Of a DNA stretch of 64,000 nt, positions 51,008 to 62,764 are shown in pieces. Position 1 is the first letter of the stretch, and the number at the start of each line of letters is the position of its first letter. The DNA lies in contig NW_026781953.1 in the NCBI RefSeq assembly GCF_031769215.1, positions 248,001-312,000 of the forward strand, read 5' to 3'. The notes under the pieces were generated by a model, which saw only the letters and a program-made list of their open reading frames with translations, made no database searches and was not told the DNA's origin. The position numbers were made by a program, and so were the translations under genes. The DNA is from Ylistrum balloti. Its lineage: Eukaryota.

Positions 51008-54000
51008 CTATAGTAAAAAAGAGATAATTGTTGAAGGCAAAAAAAAAAAAAATCTATCTAACACCCTTCAGATTTATAGTTAATGGATAAATATTATTAT
51101 ACAGGGTCATCAAAATAGCAGTAATCAGTGAAATACATTTCCATGGCAACAAAATATTAAATATGACAAATCGTGTATGAAATAACCATTTAAATTTTTC
51201 TTATTTTATGCATCAGATCACCGTGTTGTCATGTTACATGTAGCACCAGTGTTAGTTATGTATGTCTTATCAATGGTATTTCAAGCATTCACTCAAACAC
51301 AATCAATTACGATTTACAATAATTTGATTTCTTGAATCAACAAATATATTTTCCACTTTTGTGAATATATTTGCAAGTTTTTCTAAGCAGCCTGGTTTCA
51401 AATTAAAAGGGCAATCTGTTACTTCTTTAGGACAAACCTTTTGTAACTACGTCCTAAACAGTTCACTCAAATGCTGTTTAAATACACATATAGGGATGCT
51501 TGGAGGAAATATTGGTATTTACATGCAACATTCATTTGAAGGGCAATATTGTTCTTTTAGTAAATTCCTAAAAACAAACTTAAATCTGACATAAATATCA
51601 CAGCTTAGTAACTAACACTTTATGGTAGTAACTTTGTGTTATACATATATTTCGGATGATTAGCCTGTGCCTTAGAACTGGACGAATAAGACTTTATAAA
51701 GCAATGCCATGTGATCCTTAAGCAAGCTAATAAGCAGAAAAATTGAGCTGTAGATGCAGCATAGCAACTCATGTGAATCGTGGATTGTTTGTACGATTTT
51801 ATCATTATCAATTAAAAACCAGAGGCAAGATTTGCATTTTATAATTATCAAACCAAACATTTAATTAGTGTTACACTAAGTGTCTATTGATGATATGCAA
51901 AATTTCTGTATTCAAATACAATTTTCAAACATTTCAAATTAAAATTTTCATTAATTAAGACAAATTTATCCCACAAGATGTTCGCTTATCCATGTCAAAT
52001 TTACCATATCAGGGTTTATAAAAATAAACATAAAATACTAAATAATTTTTAACTTCAAAAGCACAAACGTCTTTCACATCGGTAAACTGGAATGTATGTC
52101 AAAATCTAAGATGCAATATAACTATATTAAGAACAAGACAATGAATTCTAGGTATTAGTGATGAATGCCTAATATGTAACTTGTATCCTTCAGGACAAAT
52201 ATCACTGTAAAATGTGGATAGACGAATAAGGCACAGTGACATTATAACTAAAGACTCTAAATTATGGTACTTACTATGTTTATCAAAACCAAAGCATCAT
52301 AGTTATTTTTAGATAAAAAAAAACCTTTTTTAAGATAAAATGTCTTAATAATTTCATTGATTTTGTAAAATGTCTACTTTTCGAGAGAACTTCTGTTTGA
52401 AAAAAATCAAAGCTGCGGGAAAGTTAACATCAAGCTTCAATTAATCTGTTTACATTGATTAGCCAAGAACTTTACAGAAACAAGTACATGTACCTCAAGT
52501 TCCTAAGCATATAAAATCAGATATTGAATAGGAAAAAGTTTGCCATTTTGTAGTTCCATAATAAAGTATGGGAACAGTTTTTGTCAAAAAAAAATGAAAA
52601 TAGAAAAATCTATTATATATACAAGTTACATACGATAGCTGTTGCTACCAACTGATGATGTCATTTCCTGTCTCATTCTGAAAGGGAATGTGAATCTGTT
52701 AAAAATTTAATACTTTTCTTTATAAAGCCCTTCCCCATTAGGCAAACAGATGCATTAATTGGTTTTACAAAAAGGAAATTAGTTAACATAATGATATATT
52801 AGACTGTTCAGAGAGTAAGAACAATATCCTGACACACTAATCATCATAATATGTCAATTACTCATAAATCAACAGGCATTAATATGATTTTTAAAAAAAG
52901 CATAAACTATGCATTTTCTACAATCTACATGGCTTTGGTCCTGCCTCTACCAATCTGTCAAGCAACAAGAAAAAGGCAACTCTGTGCAAAAAATGCCACT
53001 CTAAATCAGCATGTAACCATGATCTACAAGGGGAGGTAACTGTAACCTCAATCCAATACAAGGGGAGATAATACTTGTGAAGTGTATTTGGATGTAGCTG
53101 GTACAATGGGGTGTAGCTTCTGTTCAATACCATGCAATCACCTTTCAGAGGTAGCCTTTTTTTAAATAGTGGTCTATACACACTTGAAGTGGTGTGAGAT
53201 TTCCTGGTCTCAACGACAAAATAATCGAGATGGGTTATTTCCCTTTCATAATCACAATAGCATGTCAACATTAGAAAGCAATGTTATACCATCAATCAAT
53301 ACGTGGTAAGACAATCATAGTAAGAGAAGAAAAACCATTCACTCTGTTGTTGGTGAGATAGGGGATCACAACACTTGGAGGAAGATTATAAATTGTAAAT
53401 ACCTAGTTTTTTCCAACTTAATAATCTCCTCCTAGCTCATCCCCAGTGGTGTGAAAAATTCTATTAATCTTCCCTTAAGAAAAATTGTAAAAAATCAATT
53501 TTTCCATCATTGCTAAGGGGATGCAATCACTATCTTGTGTAAAACTAATGTCTTGATTTATATCTAATATACATTTTTACATTTAATTCAAAAGAACAGA
53601 ACACACCTTTTTTCTGAAGTCATGCTGGTATGATTGCAAATTGTATACAATATATGAAGCTCACTATAGTACATATCTATGTCTTAAGTCAAATAATACT
53701 GTATATTCTTTAAACAAGACTAAGAAAAAAAGTATCTATGATCAGAGTAAAATATATTTCACATCTGAAAACATCTATGAATATTTAAAGTGGAAAAATG
53801 TAAATATGAAATATACAGTGATACCAATATGTAATGTTTTATTATCTATATATATATATATGTATATGAGAGGTACTAAAGCTGTGTGAATCAGGTCTTG
53901 CCAGGTCAAAAGCAGAAAAAAAAAGATGTCTTCCAGTTGATGAAAAACACTTACGCAGTCTTGTGTAAAGAGTGAGTGCCATCGCGGTATCAGCTGATTA

Positions 54001-54426
54001 TCAAGAAAACAAGCTGTCAATTTCACTACACATAAAAAAATGATCTAACATATTCCATCTTTAAAGACAGAATACATCTAACTCATGTTTTACTTCCAAA
54101 CGCACATAACATCTAACTTATACTATCATTCTAAACAACCAACACAAAAATGTACATCTTAAATTCAGATTTAATATCAAGAAATCTGACTAGGAAGATA
54201 TTTGTGCACATGGGAATAAAACTCTGAATACATGCAGTATACAATTACATCATTCTGTATAATTATAGAGTAGTGTAATGCCATGTTTAAATATTTGCAA
54301 TTTGATGCAAGGTTAGAGGAGAGAAACAAGTACAGACAGGATACATCAATTTTCATATCTGTTAGTTCATCACACTTAAATATTTATCTGTCATATACTG
54401 CTGTGTTTCAGTCATTCGTTTTCACA

Positions 54427-54735
54427 TCGTTATGTAGACATGATGTTTAGTGTCACTAAGAGTATTTCTTAATTGATATCATTATGTAGACATGATGTTT
54501 AGTGTCACTAAGAGTATTTCTTAATTGACATCATTATGTAGACATGATGTTTAGTGTCACTAAGAGTATTTCTTAATTGATATCGTTATGTAGACATGAT
54601 GTTTAGTGTCACTAAGAGTATTTCTTAATTGATATCGTTATGTAGACATGATGTTTAGTGTCACTAAGAGTATTTCTTAACTGACATCATTATGTAGACA
54701 TGATGTTTAGTGTCACTAAGAGTATTTCTTAATTG
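54427..54735. repeat. 52-bp minisatellite, 6 copies
   Basis: ttatgtagac at 54430 and 54482. Confidence 0.95.
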
Positions 54736-55429
54736 CATTATAAAAATAATAATACATATCAGAACCAAAGTGATTTCAAGGAGCCTTCATTGACAATGAT
54801 GAATTCAGTCTTTTTAAAGGAAAAAGTGTCCATATTACATTTTTTATAAGATCTGCCTTATTGTAACCTCTGTCCAAGTGTCCATATTATATTCTATATA
54901 AGATTTCCCTACTGCTGTCCAAGAGTTCTTGTTATATTCTGTGTAAGATTTCCCTACCACTGTCCAAGTGTCCTTGTTAAAATCTATATAATAGTTACAC
55001 ACATGGATACACAAGTGCATTTAAACCAGCCACCAATAGCAGGAATCTGCCACCTGCAAGAAAGGCAGCCGCCTTGATGTCTTAGAAAGCATATATATAA
55101 ACCAAGACCAACAGGCAGCAAAGGTCATCCAGCGTCGGAGGATGCAGAAGATGAGCTAGACATGCCAAGGACGTTTATGCTAGTTACCTTGGTAACAACC
55201 TCAAGTCTTTTTGATACTGGCTAAAAGTTAAGGACATATATTAATATACAAAGCAAAACAGTTGTCAGAGCTCTTCATCAGTCATTAGCACTGAAGAAAT
55301 GGCACTGAAGAGATCTCCCATAGTCCAAGTCTGCAAGCACAAATTTGTGGCAAACAGATCATGAAGATTTGATTTAGTCAACATCTATTTAAAATGGTGC
55401 AACAGCTGATTTGAATGGCTAAAAGGTTA

Positions 55430-56120
55430 GATATCCTGATGATATCTGACTAGAGGGACAGATATCCTGATGATATGACTAGAGGGACAGATATCCTGAT
55501 GATATCTGACTAGAGGGACAGATATCCTGATCATATCTGACTAGAGGGACATATATCCTGATGATAAGACTAGAGGGACAGATATCCTGATGATATGACT
55601 AGAGGGACAGATATCCTGATGATATGACTAGAGGGACAGATATCCTGATGATATGACTAGAGGGACAGATATCCTGATGATATGACTAGAGGGACAGATA
55701 TCCTGATGATATCTGACTAGAGGGACAGATATCCTGATGATATGACTAGAGGGACAGATATCCTGATGATATCTGACTAGAGAGACAAGTATCCTGAGGA
55801 TATCTGACTAGAGAGACAAGTATCCTGATGATATCTGACTAGAGGGACAGATATCCTGAGGATATCCTGATGATATGACTAGAGGGACAGATATCCTGAT
55901 GATCTGACTAGAGGGACAGATATCCTGATGATATCTGACTAGAGGGACAGATATCCTGATGATATCTGACTAGAGGGACAGATATCCTGATGATCTGACT
56001 AGAGGGACAGATATCCTGATGATATCTGACTAGAGGGACAGATATCCTGATGATATCTGACTAGAGAGATAAGTATCCTGAGGATATCTGAGTAGAGGGA
56101 CAGATATCCTGATGATAAGA
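55430..56120. repeat. 29-31-bp minisatellite, about 22 copies
   Basis: Unit gatatcctgatgatatctgactagagggaca. Confidence 0.95.
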
Positions 56121-56489
56121 CAGTATTATTTTGGTTAACTGATGGAGGTTATAATGAGTTATGCTTTTCAATCTCCACAAACACAGCTGTATATAAATAC
56201 TTGATATTATTTTACTTCGATATCATTTAAATATTTCAGCCTTAACCGATAATATTCCAGCGAAAAGCACTAGAGGAATTATGTGTGGAAAGCACGTTTC
56301 TCATGCTATATAAACACTTATAAAAATACATATACATACAAAATATACACCATATATAAACATCTATATATATGTAACTCTCAAGAGCTTTACAATTTCA
56401 TTGTTCATTTTTCTCAATAGAGGTCCTTGCTTGCTCTCACATTTTCACTCTTAAAAAACATGAATTCCTGTCGTGTGGGGAGATAGGTA

Positions 56490-57235
56490 AGACGAGCAGA
56501 TATGATTTGTTTATACGCAGGAAATATCAAAGATGTCTTGATATTAGTTTCTATCTGAGGGGAGATATCAAAGATGTCAGAATATTTTATTTCTTATCTG
56601 AGGAGAGATATCAAAGATGTCTGGATATTATTTCTTATTTATTAAGACGAGCAGATATGATTTGTTTATACGCAGGAAATATCAAAGATGTCTTGATATT
56701 AGTTTCCACTGAAACAAGATATATAAGATGTCAGAATATTTTATTTCTTATCTGAGGGGATATATCAAAGATGTCTGGATATTATTTCTTATCTGAGGGG
56801 AGATATCAAAGATGTCAGAATATTTTATTTCTTATCTGAGGGGAGATATCAAAGATGTCTGGATATTATTTCTTATCTATATCAACATATAAAAATATAT
56901 TAGTTTCTATACAAAATATACAAATATATAAATATTTATATATCTTATCTGAGGGGATATATCAAAGATTTCTGGATATTATTTCTTATCTGAGGGGAGA
57001 TATCAAAGATGTCAGAATATTTTATTTCTTATCTGAGGGGAGATATATCTGAGGGGAGATATCAAAGATGTCAGAATATTTTATTTCTTATCTGAGGGGA
57101 GATATCAAAGATGTCCAGATATCATTTCCTATCTTAGGGGAGATATCAAAGATGTCCAGATATCATTTCCTATCTTAGGGGAGATATCAAAGATGTCCAG
57201 ATATCATTTCCTATCTTGGGGGAGATATAAAAGGT
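56490..57235. repeat. Composite degenerate tandem repeat
   Basis: Recurring ttatctgaggggagatatcaaagatgtc units. Confidence 0.85.
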
Positions 57236-58338
57236 TGTCCAGATATGATTACATGGGGAGGGGGGGCGGATATCAAACTTTTGTGACATTTCAGCTTCAT
57301 GAAGCTATACGTTTTTAATTCCAATAAGTATACATGCATTGTATGTTCTGCTCATATGATTTTAAGGATAATCACTACAAAGCCATATACGTATGCAGTA
57401 AATGAACACATGTTAATATATTTAATCTGAAATATTCTGATCCTGAAAACATAATCATATTCCCAGCAGTAGAAACAGGAATGGTTACCAATGATATCTA
57501 AATAAGTAAAACATTGTTTTCTGTATTAGTCACACTTGATATAAAGAGCACTAACAAAAACTATACAGGTGAATATTAACACAAAATGGTAACACATTTT
57601 AGTTGTACACCTGTTAAAAATTATATGGTATATTGGTAATTTCATATTATTTATTTGAAGATCAAATCTTCCTGAATAAAGATGGCAGCAGTTCAACCTA
57701 GAAGGATTGACAAAGGGCAAAGCACTGCAGAACAACGCCAGAAGACACTTAAAATGGTCCAAGACTTGTGTTTAGTTTTTAATATAGCAGGTCTCCAAAT
57801 TAAACGAAGTTATTACAATTTTTTTTAAGTTGGTAGCTGTTGTGTTAGTAATGCAATGAGCATTTTTCCATATCAAATGAAATGTTTTCAGAATTGGAAA
57901 AAAAAAAAACAGAAAAAAGAAATATTAGATGCATTTGATTTATACCAAGTTGAAACCTGTTTCCGCACACCAGAATCTGGGCTACAGTACAAAATACAGG
58001 ACATCACTTTTACAGGAGCAACTGATGATATTACAAACATTTAAGGGACAGTGTTTTATTTCCGATATCTTTGACAAGGTAATATTTATTTCACTGCGGT
58101 ATGAAAATTGTACGTCACAGTATTTAAGGTACCTATATATTCCTAAAATTATCACTGAAGCCTGCGCATTAACAGTGAATAATACCTTCATCAAATTGAA
58201 AAATCATTGACCCTATTTCACGAATACTTTGTACAATGTAATTACAGGGTGATATGAAGTATTTGTGAATTTTGAGAAGATTTGGGTCAGATATTCGTAG
58301 AAGACTTTGTGGAACGTGAGACAAGTAAAGAAATATAC

Positions 58339-58503
58339 CATTGGTGAGGAGTCGACCTTGAGCGAGATTTTTTCTTGACTATCAGTGTCTGGTTTCTCTT
58401 TGCCTTCATCTGCTTTCTCCTCCTTGCTTTCCATCTCTTCTTTCTTAGATTCACGCTGACTTTTCATCGATGTACTGCTCTTCATCACATTCAGATGGTT
58501 TGT
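58339..58503 (-). CDS. CARMIL: CARMIL exon (TNHLNVMK...KVDSSPM)
   Basis: 165 nt, phase 0-0. Confidence 0.8.
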
Positions 58504-58544
58504 CTGAGGTCATAGGTCAATATATTAATATTATAAGATTCTTT

Positions 58545-58700
58545 CATCTGTCAGGATGTAGGATAGGAATATTCCACCTGAGAGGTCACAAAATATCGTA
58601 AAACCTGAGACTTTCTGAAAGATTTTACCATATTTTGTGACCTTGAGGGTGAAATATCCCATCCTCCACCCTGACAAGAGTATTTTTCTATCATTTCTCA
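58545..58700. mobile_element. Palindromic MITE-like element (same family as 37150-37295)
   Basis: tattccacctgagaggtcacaaaata ... tattttgtgaccttgagggtgaaata. Confidence 0.5.
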
Positions 58701-59361
58701 TTCTAAAATATAGATAAAATACTGGCTTTAGAAATTGACAAGGTACTATTAGAGAGACCATATTAAAAAAAAATCATGTTTTATATAAAGCAATTCATCC
58801 TCAAGTTGACATAAAAAATTCTTTCCCTGTACTTAGATTTGGCAAACAAAGTTTGTCCCAGAAAATTATGATTAAATATAAATCACTGCAAATAATTATT
58901 TGTACAAAGTAAAATTTGGTTTGCCTATAGCTACTGGACAAAATTATGACCGACGGACGAATGGACGGACAAAGCGACGACTATTTGATCTCTCGTCCGT
59001 CAGCATAATTAATGTTTCTACACCATGAATATTTCATATTATACAAGAATTAGATGTGTTTGAAAATTCTCAAAACTGAAAACAGTCGACATCAATACAA
59101 AAATATCTCTGAACATCAAAAAATTATTATGATCTTCGCTTTTGTGTGGCAAAGTAAGACATCAAACCATTAGAAAAGACATCAAACCATTAGAAAAGAC
59201 ATCAAACCATTAGAAAAGATATCAAACCATTAGAAAAGACATCAACTTTATGAAAAGACACCAAATTTATACCACTGATATCCAAAGCAATGCTGATTCT
59301 GAATGGATTAAATGAATGCATTTCTCTTAAATATCATACAGATTATGCCATAAATACATAC

Positions 59362-59449
59362 CAGAGTTTTGTGACTCGATGTCAGGCTGTCTATAACTTC
59401 ATCCATGACTTTGTCAGAGATGTGGGTAGCTACCACTAAATTCAGCTCG
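59362..59449 (-). CDS. CARMIL: CARMIL_C exon (SELNLVVATHISDKVMDEVIDSLTSSHKTL)
   Basis: 88 nt, phase 2-0; human CARMIL1 has [30 protein letters not shown]. Confidence 0.9.
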
Positions 59450-60190
59450 CTGTAAAATTAGAAAATTTGTCACAGATGTGGGTAGCTACCACTAAATTCA
59501 GCTCGCTGTAAAATTAGAAAATTTGTCACAGATGTGGGTAGCTACCACTAAATTCAGCTCGCTGTAAAATTAGAAAATTTGTCACAGATGTGGGTAGCTA
59601 CCACTAAATTCAGCTCGCTGTAAAATTAGAAAATTTGTCACAGATGTGGGTAGCTACCACTAAATTCAGCTCGCTGTAAATTTAGAAATTTTGTCACAGA
59701 TGTGGGTAGCTACCACTAAATTCAGCTCACTGTAAATTTAGAAAATTTGTCAGAGACGTGGGAAGCTACCACTAAATTCAGCTCGCTGTAAAATTAGAAA
59801 ATTTGTCAGAGATGTGGGAAGCTACCACTAAATTCAGCTCGCTGTAAAATTAGAAAATTTGTCAGAGATGTGGGTTGCTACCACTAAATTCAGCTCGCTG
59901 TAAATTTAGAAATTTTGTCACAGATGTGGGTAGCTACCACTAAATTCAGCTCGCTGTAAAATTAGAAAATTTGTCAGAGATGTGGGTTGCTACCACTAAA
60001 TTCAGCTCGCTGTAAAATTAGAAAATTTGTCACAGATGTGGGTAGCTACCACTAAATTCAGCTCACTGTAAATTTAGAAAATTTGTCAGAGATGTGGGAA
60101 GCTACCACTAAATTCAGCTCGCTGTAAAATTAGAAAATTTGTCACAGATGTGGGTAGCTACCACTAAATTCAGCTCGCTGTAAGATGTAG
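59420..60190. repeat. 56-bp minisatellite (14 units) made of the 3' splice site plus exon head
   Basis: Minus-strand unit TTTTCTAATTTTACAG|CGAGCTGAATTTAGTGGTAGCTACCCACATCTGTGACAAA; AG sites every 56 bp from 59450 to 60178. Confidence 0.95.
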
Positions 60191-60447
60191 CTAGCTTTTG
60201 CAGATATTTAATTCAATAACAGCATTAGACAGGTAGGTCAAGTTGTTTTTATACTATTTCCAACAGATTCTACACAAAGTAAGCCAATCATCACATACTT
60301 TAATCTATAAAATATCTCGGTTTGGTATTTGGTGAAATCTTGAGGCAATGACTGAGGTTACCTACCTTAGTTTATTAAATATCTCTGTTTCTACACTGTC
60401 TAGGATATGTTTGGTGAAATCTTGAGGCAATGACTGAGGTTACCTAC

Positions 60448-60557
60448 CTTAGTTTATTAAATATCTCTGTTTCTACACTGTCTAGGATATGTTTGGTGAA
60501 ATCTTTAGGAAAGGAACTTTTTTCTCCACAATTTGTCTCCAAGTCAGACTGCACTTC
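60448..60557 (-). CDS. CARMIL: CARMIL_C exon (EVQSDLETNCGEKSSFPKDFTKHILDSVETEIFNKL)
   Basis: 110 nt, phase 0-2; human has …[28 protein letters not shown]. Confidence 0.9.
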
Positions 60558-60780
60558 CTTTAGAGTGAAAGAAAGATATATGAGGGATGAAATTGAAATT
60601 ACGGAATATCAGGCAATCAAAAATGTCATCCATTTCTTTTTTTTCTTAGCTTATGTGAATTTGATCAATAATTTCATATATGTAAGTTTTACAGAATTTT
60701 TCAAAGTCTGTAAACTAATCAGATGGTAACATATAAAGAAATTTATAGATTCAAGAGCGATGAGAAGATGTTTTACTTAC

Positions 60781-60843
60781 CTTATCAGCCATCACAGAAG
60801 CACACTGGTTACTAGTACATTCTAACATGTCTTCAACTGTTTT
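60781..60843 (-). CDS. CARMIL: CARMIL_C exon (KTVEDMLECTSNQCASVMADK)
   Basis: 63 nt, phase 0-0, AAG|GTAAGT. Confidence 0.9.
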
Positions 60844-61011
60844 CTGTACCAAAAATGAAAACAATTCTCATCAACATATTCCTGTTTGCATCTTGCTTAT
60901 TTGTGAACAATCAATTGATTCTCAAATTAAAACTTTTTCATGGTGTTAGTTTACTCTCAATAAAATCATTTTCTTATGTCAGAGACACAGTCCAGAGGAA
61001 AATTTTACAAG

Positions 61012-61143
61012 ACAAGAGGCCCATATGGCCTGTATTGCTCACCAGGTTTTTTTTGGCTGAAATTGCTTCATTAAAACCAAGCACACAACACAAAAAATAT
61101 CTATTTTCCTATTGAAAACTTCGGACTAGGTGAGCTAAAAAAA
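61012..61143 (+). mobile_element. Miniature HINE-like deletion derivative
   Basis: acaagaggccc...gctcacc at the 5' end and ggtgagctaaaa at the 3' end (sub-terminal inverted repeat gctcacc/ggtgagc), with only about 85 bp between. Confidence 0.6.
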
Positions 61144-61519
61144 CTATCATCATTATCACCTGCTCAGAAAACTAGATTACGAGATAGCACTATTTAGTGA
61201 CTTATAGTACTACACTGTGCAGAGGTGTTGTAATGTGGTAGAAAAACCCCCGTTGCATCATTCATGCAAGTAATGTGCATACAGCACAAAGTCTCAATAA
61301 TATATATTACAGAATTCTTTTTACTTGACAAACAGAAACACAGACGGAGCCCCTTTTAATTTCTATTCCAATTTCACTACGCAGTGAATAAAAATATATC
61401 TGACGCTTTTTAGGGTTAATGTTCATATCCAGTTAACTTTTACATGCGTAATTGGAGCGGGTTGGTGTGGCTTGTATATAGTGTTAAATACTCTCTCTGT
61501 CACTCAGCTGATTGAGCAT

Positions 61520-61593
61520 GCTTCTTTGGCTCAGTTGGTAGAGCAGGGTTGATTATCACGCTAGAGACCTGGGTTCGATTCCTGGTCAGGCCA
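61520..61593 (+). mobile_element. tRNA-derived element (SINE head or tRNA pseudogene)
   Basis: A box TGGCTCAGTTGGTAGAGC, B box GGTTCGATTCC, intact D stem; acceptor and anticodon stems are mispaired. Confidence 0.7.
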
Positions 61594-61669
61594 TTGATAG
61601 GAATGTGTATTTTCCTGGTTCTTTCACACACGTGTCAACAATAGAACAAGACACATAGCAACAACATAC

Positions 61670-61786
61670 CTTCATATGTTTCTCCAACACCTGTCTCAGT
61701 GTGTCCGACATCTCTTTAAGACATGCTTCCACAGGGTTGCCTGTTGACAGTGACTTGTTGGCAATCACTTGTAGCTGTGGTAGCAA
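61670..61786 (-). CDS. CARMIL: CARMIL_C exon (LLPQLQVIANKSLSTGNPVEACLKEMSDTLRQVLEKHMK)
   Basis: 117 nt, phase 0-0; human has LLPNLYHV…[24 protein letters not shown]. Confidence 0.9.
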
Positions 61787-62054
61787 CTGGAGCAGGAATA
61801 AAACATTATTAGAGTTATCTCCCTTTACCAATAAGGTATTAGTAACATATGGATACATGTATTTGCTTTGATTAATCAAAATATTATAAAAATTCTTTTT
61901 TAAGTAAGTTTGTCTGTATCAAAATTTTCTGAATTCGACTACATCGCCCACATTAAATTATCAATGATTTGTGAGATATGGGTTGTCAATATTTCTCACA
62001 ACATAATCTAAGTCATTTCCTCGGTAATGTAATTCTACATATCTAGGCAACTTG

Positions 62055-62590
62055 ATGTGTCCTGTGCCTGTGTTTTGTGATGTAAATAAGCTGTTAACTA
62101 GGTGTGTCCTGTATCTGTGTATTGTGATGTAAATAAGCTGTTAACTGGAGGAGGACTCCTGTATCTGTTATGTGATGTAAATAAGCTGTTAACTGGAGGA
62201 GGACTCCTGTATCTGTTATGTGATGTAAATAAGCTGTTAACTGGAGGAGGACTCCTGTATCTGTTATTGTGATGTAAATAAGCTGTTAACTGGAGGAGGA
62301 CTCCTGTATCTGTGTTTTGTGATGTAAATAAGCTGTTAACTAGGTGTGTCCTGTATCTGTATTTTTTTTATGTAAATAAGCTGTTAACTAGGTGTGTCCT
62401 GTATCTGTAATTGTGATGTAAATAAGCTGTTAACTGGAGGAGGACTCCTGTATCTGTTATGTGATGTAAATAAGCTGTTAACTGGAGGAGGACTCCTGTA
62501 TCTGTTATTGTGATGTAAATAAGCTGTTAACTGGAGGAGGACTCCTGTGCCCGTGTATTGTGATGTAAATAAGCTGTGTGTGTCCTGTAC
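62055..62590. repeat. 48/49-bp minisatellite (about 11 units) with mutated donor copies
   Basis: Minus-strand ACAG|ATACAGGA or CAG|GCACAGG, versus the real AACAG|GTACAGGA at 62591. Confidence 0.9.
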
Positions 62591-62719
62591 CTGTTTGGAG
62601 TTGCCTGCATCCTTTATAAGACTGTTGGCCACATTTATGTCAGACTGGAAGTCTTCTGTGTTTCCGTGGTCAAGAGCATTCACAGTGTCCTGGTTCTGGA
62701 CTACCAATCTGTCCATTGT
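62591..62719 (-). CDS. CARMIL: CARMIL exon (TMDRLVVQNQDTVNAL...LIKDAGNSKQ)
   Basis: 129 nt, phase 0-0; human has MIDRICVKVQDHLNSL…LMRDAKNSKT. Confidence 0.9.
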
Positions 62720-62764
62720 CTGTGAACATCAACATTAAACAAAGGTCATCAGAGTACCTCATCA

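Noticed and set aside
52935-52965. Strong minus-strand acceptor (ttttcttgttgcttgacag) as a further CARMIL exon
   Set aside because: No convincing donor giving a frame-compatible exon.
55430-56120. CTCF-like ctagaggg in the 31-bp array
   Set aside because: Lacks the CCA prefix and the GGGC core (reads gactagagggac).
61520-61593. Functional tRNA gene
   Set aside because: Acceptor and anticodon stems are mispaired and the anticodon loop is irregular; treated as a tRNA-derived element.
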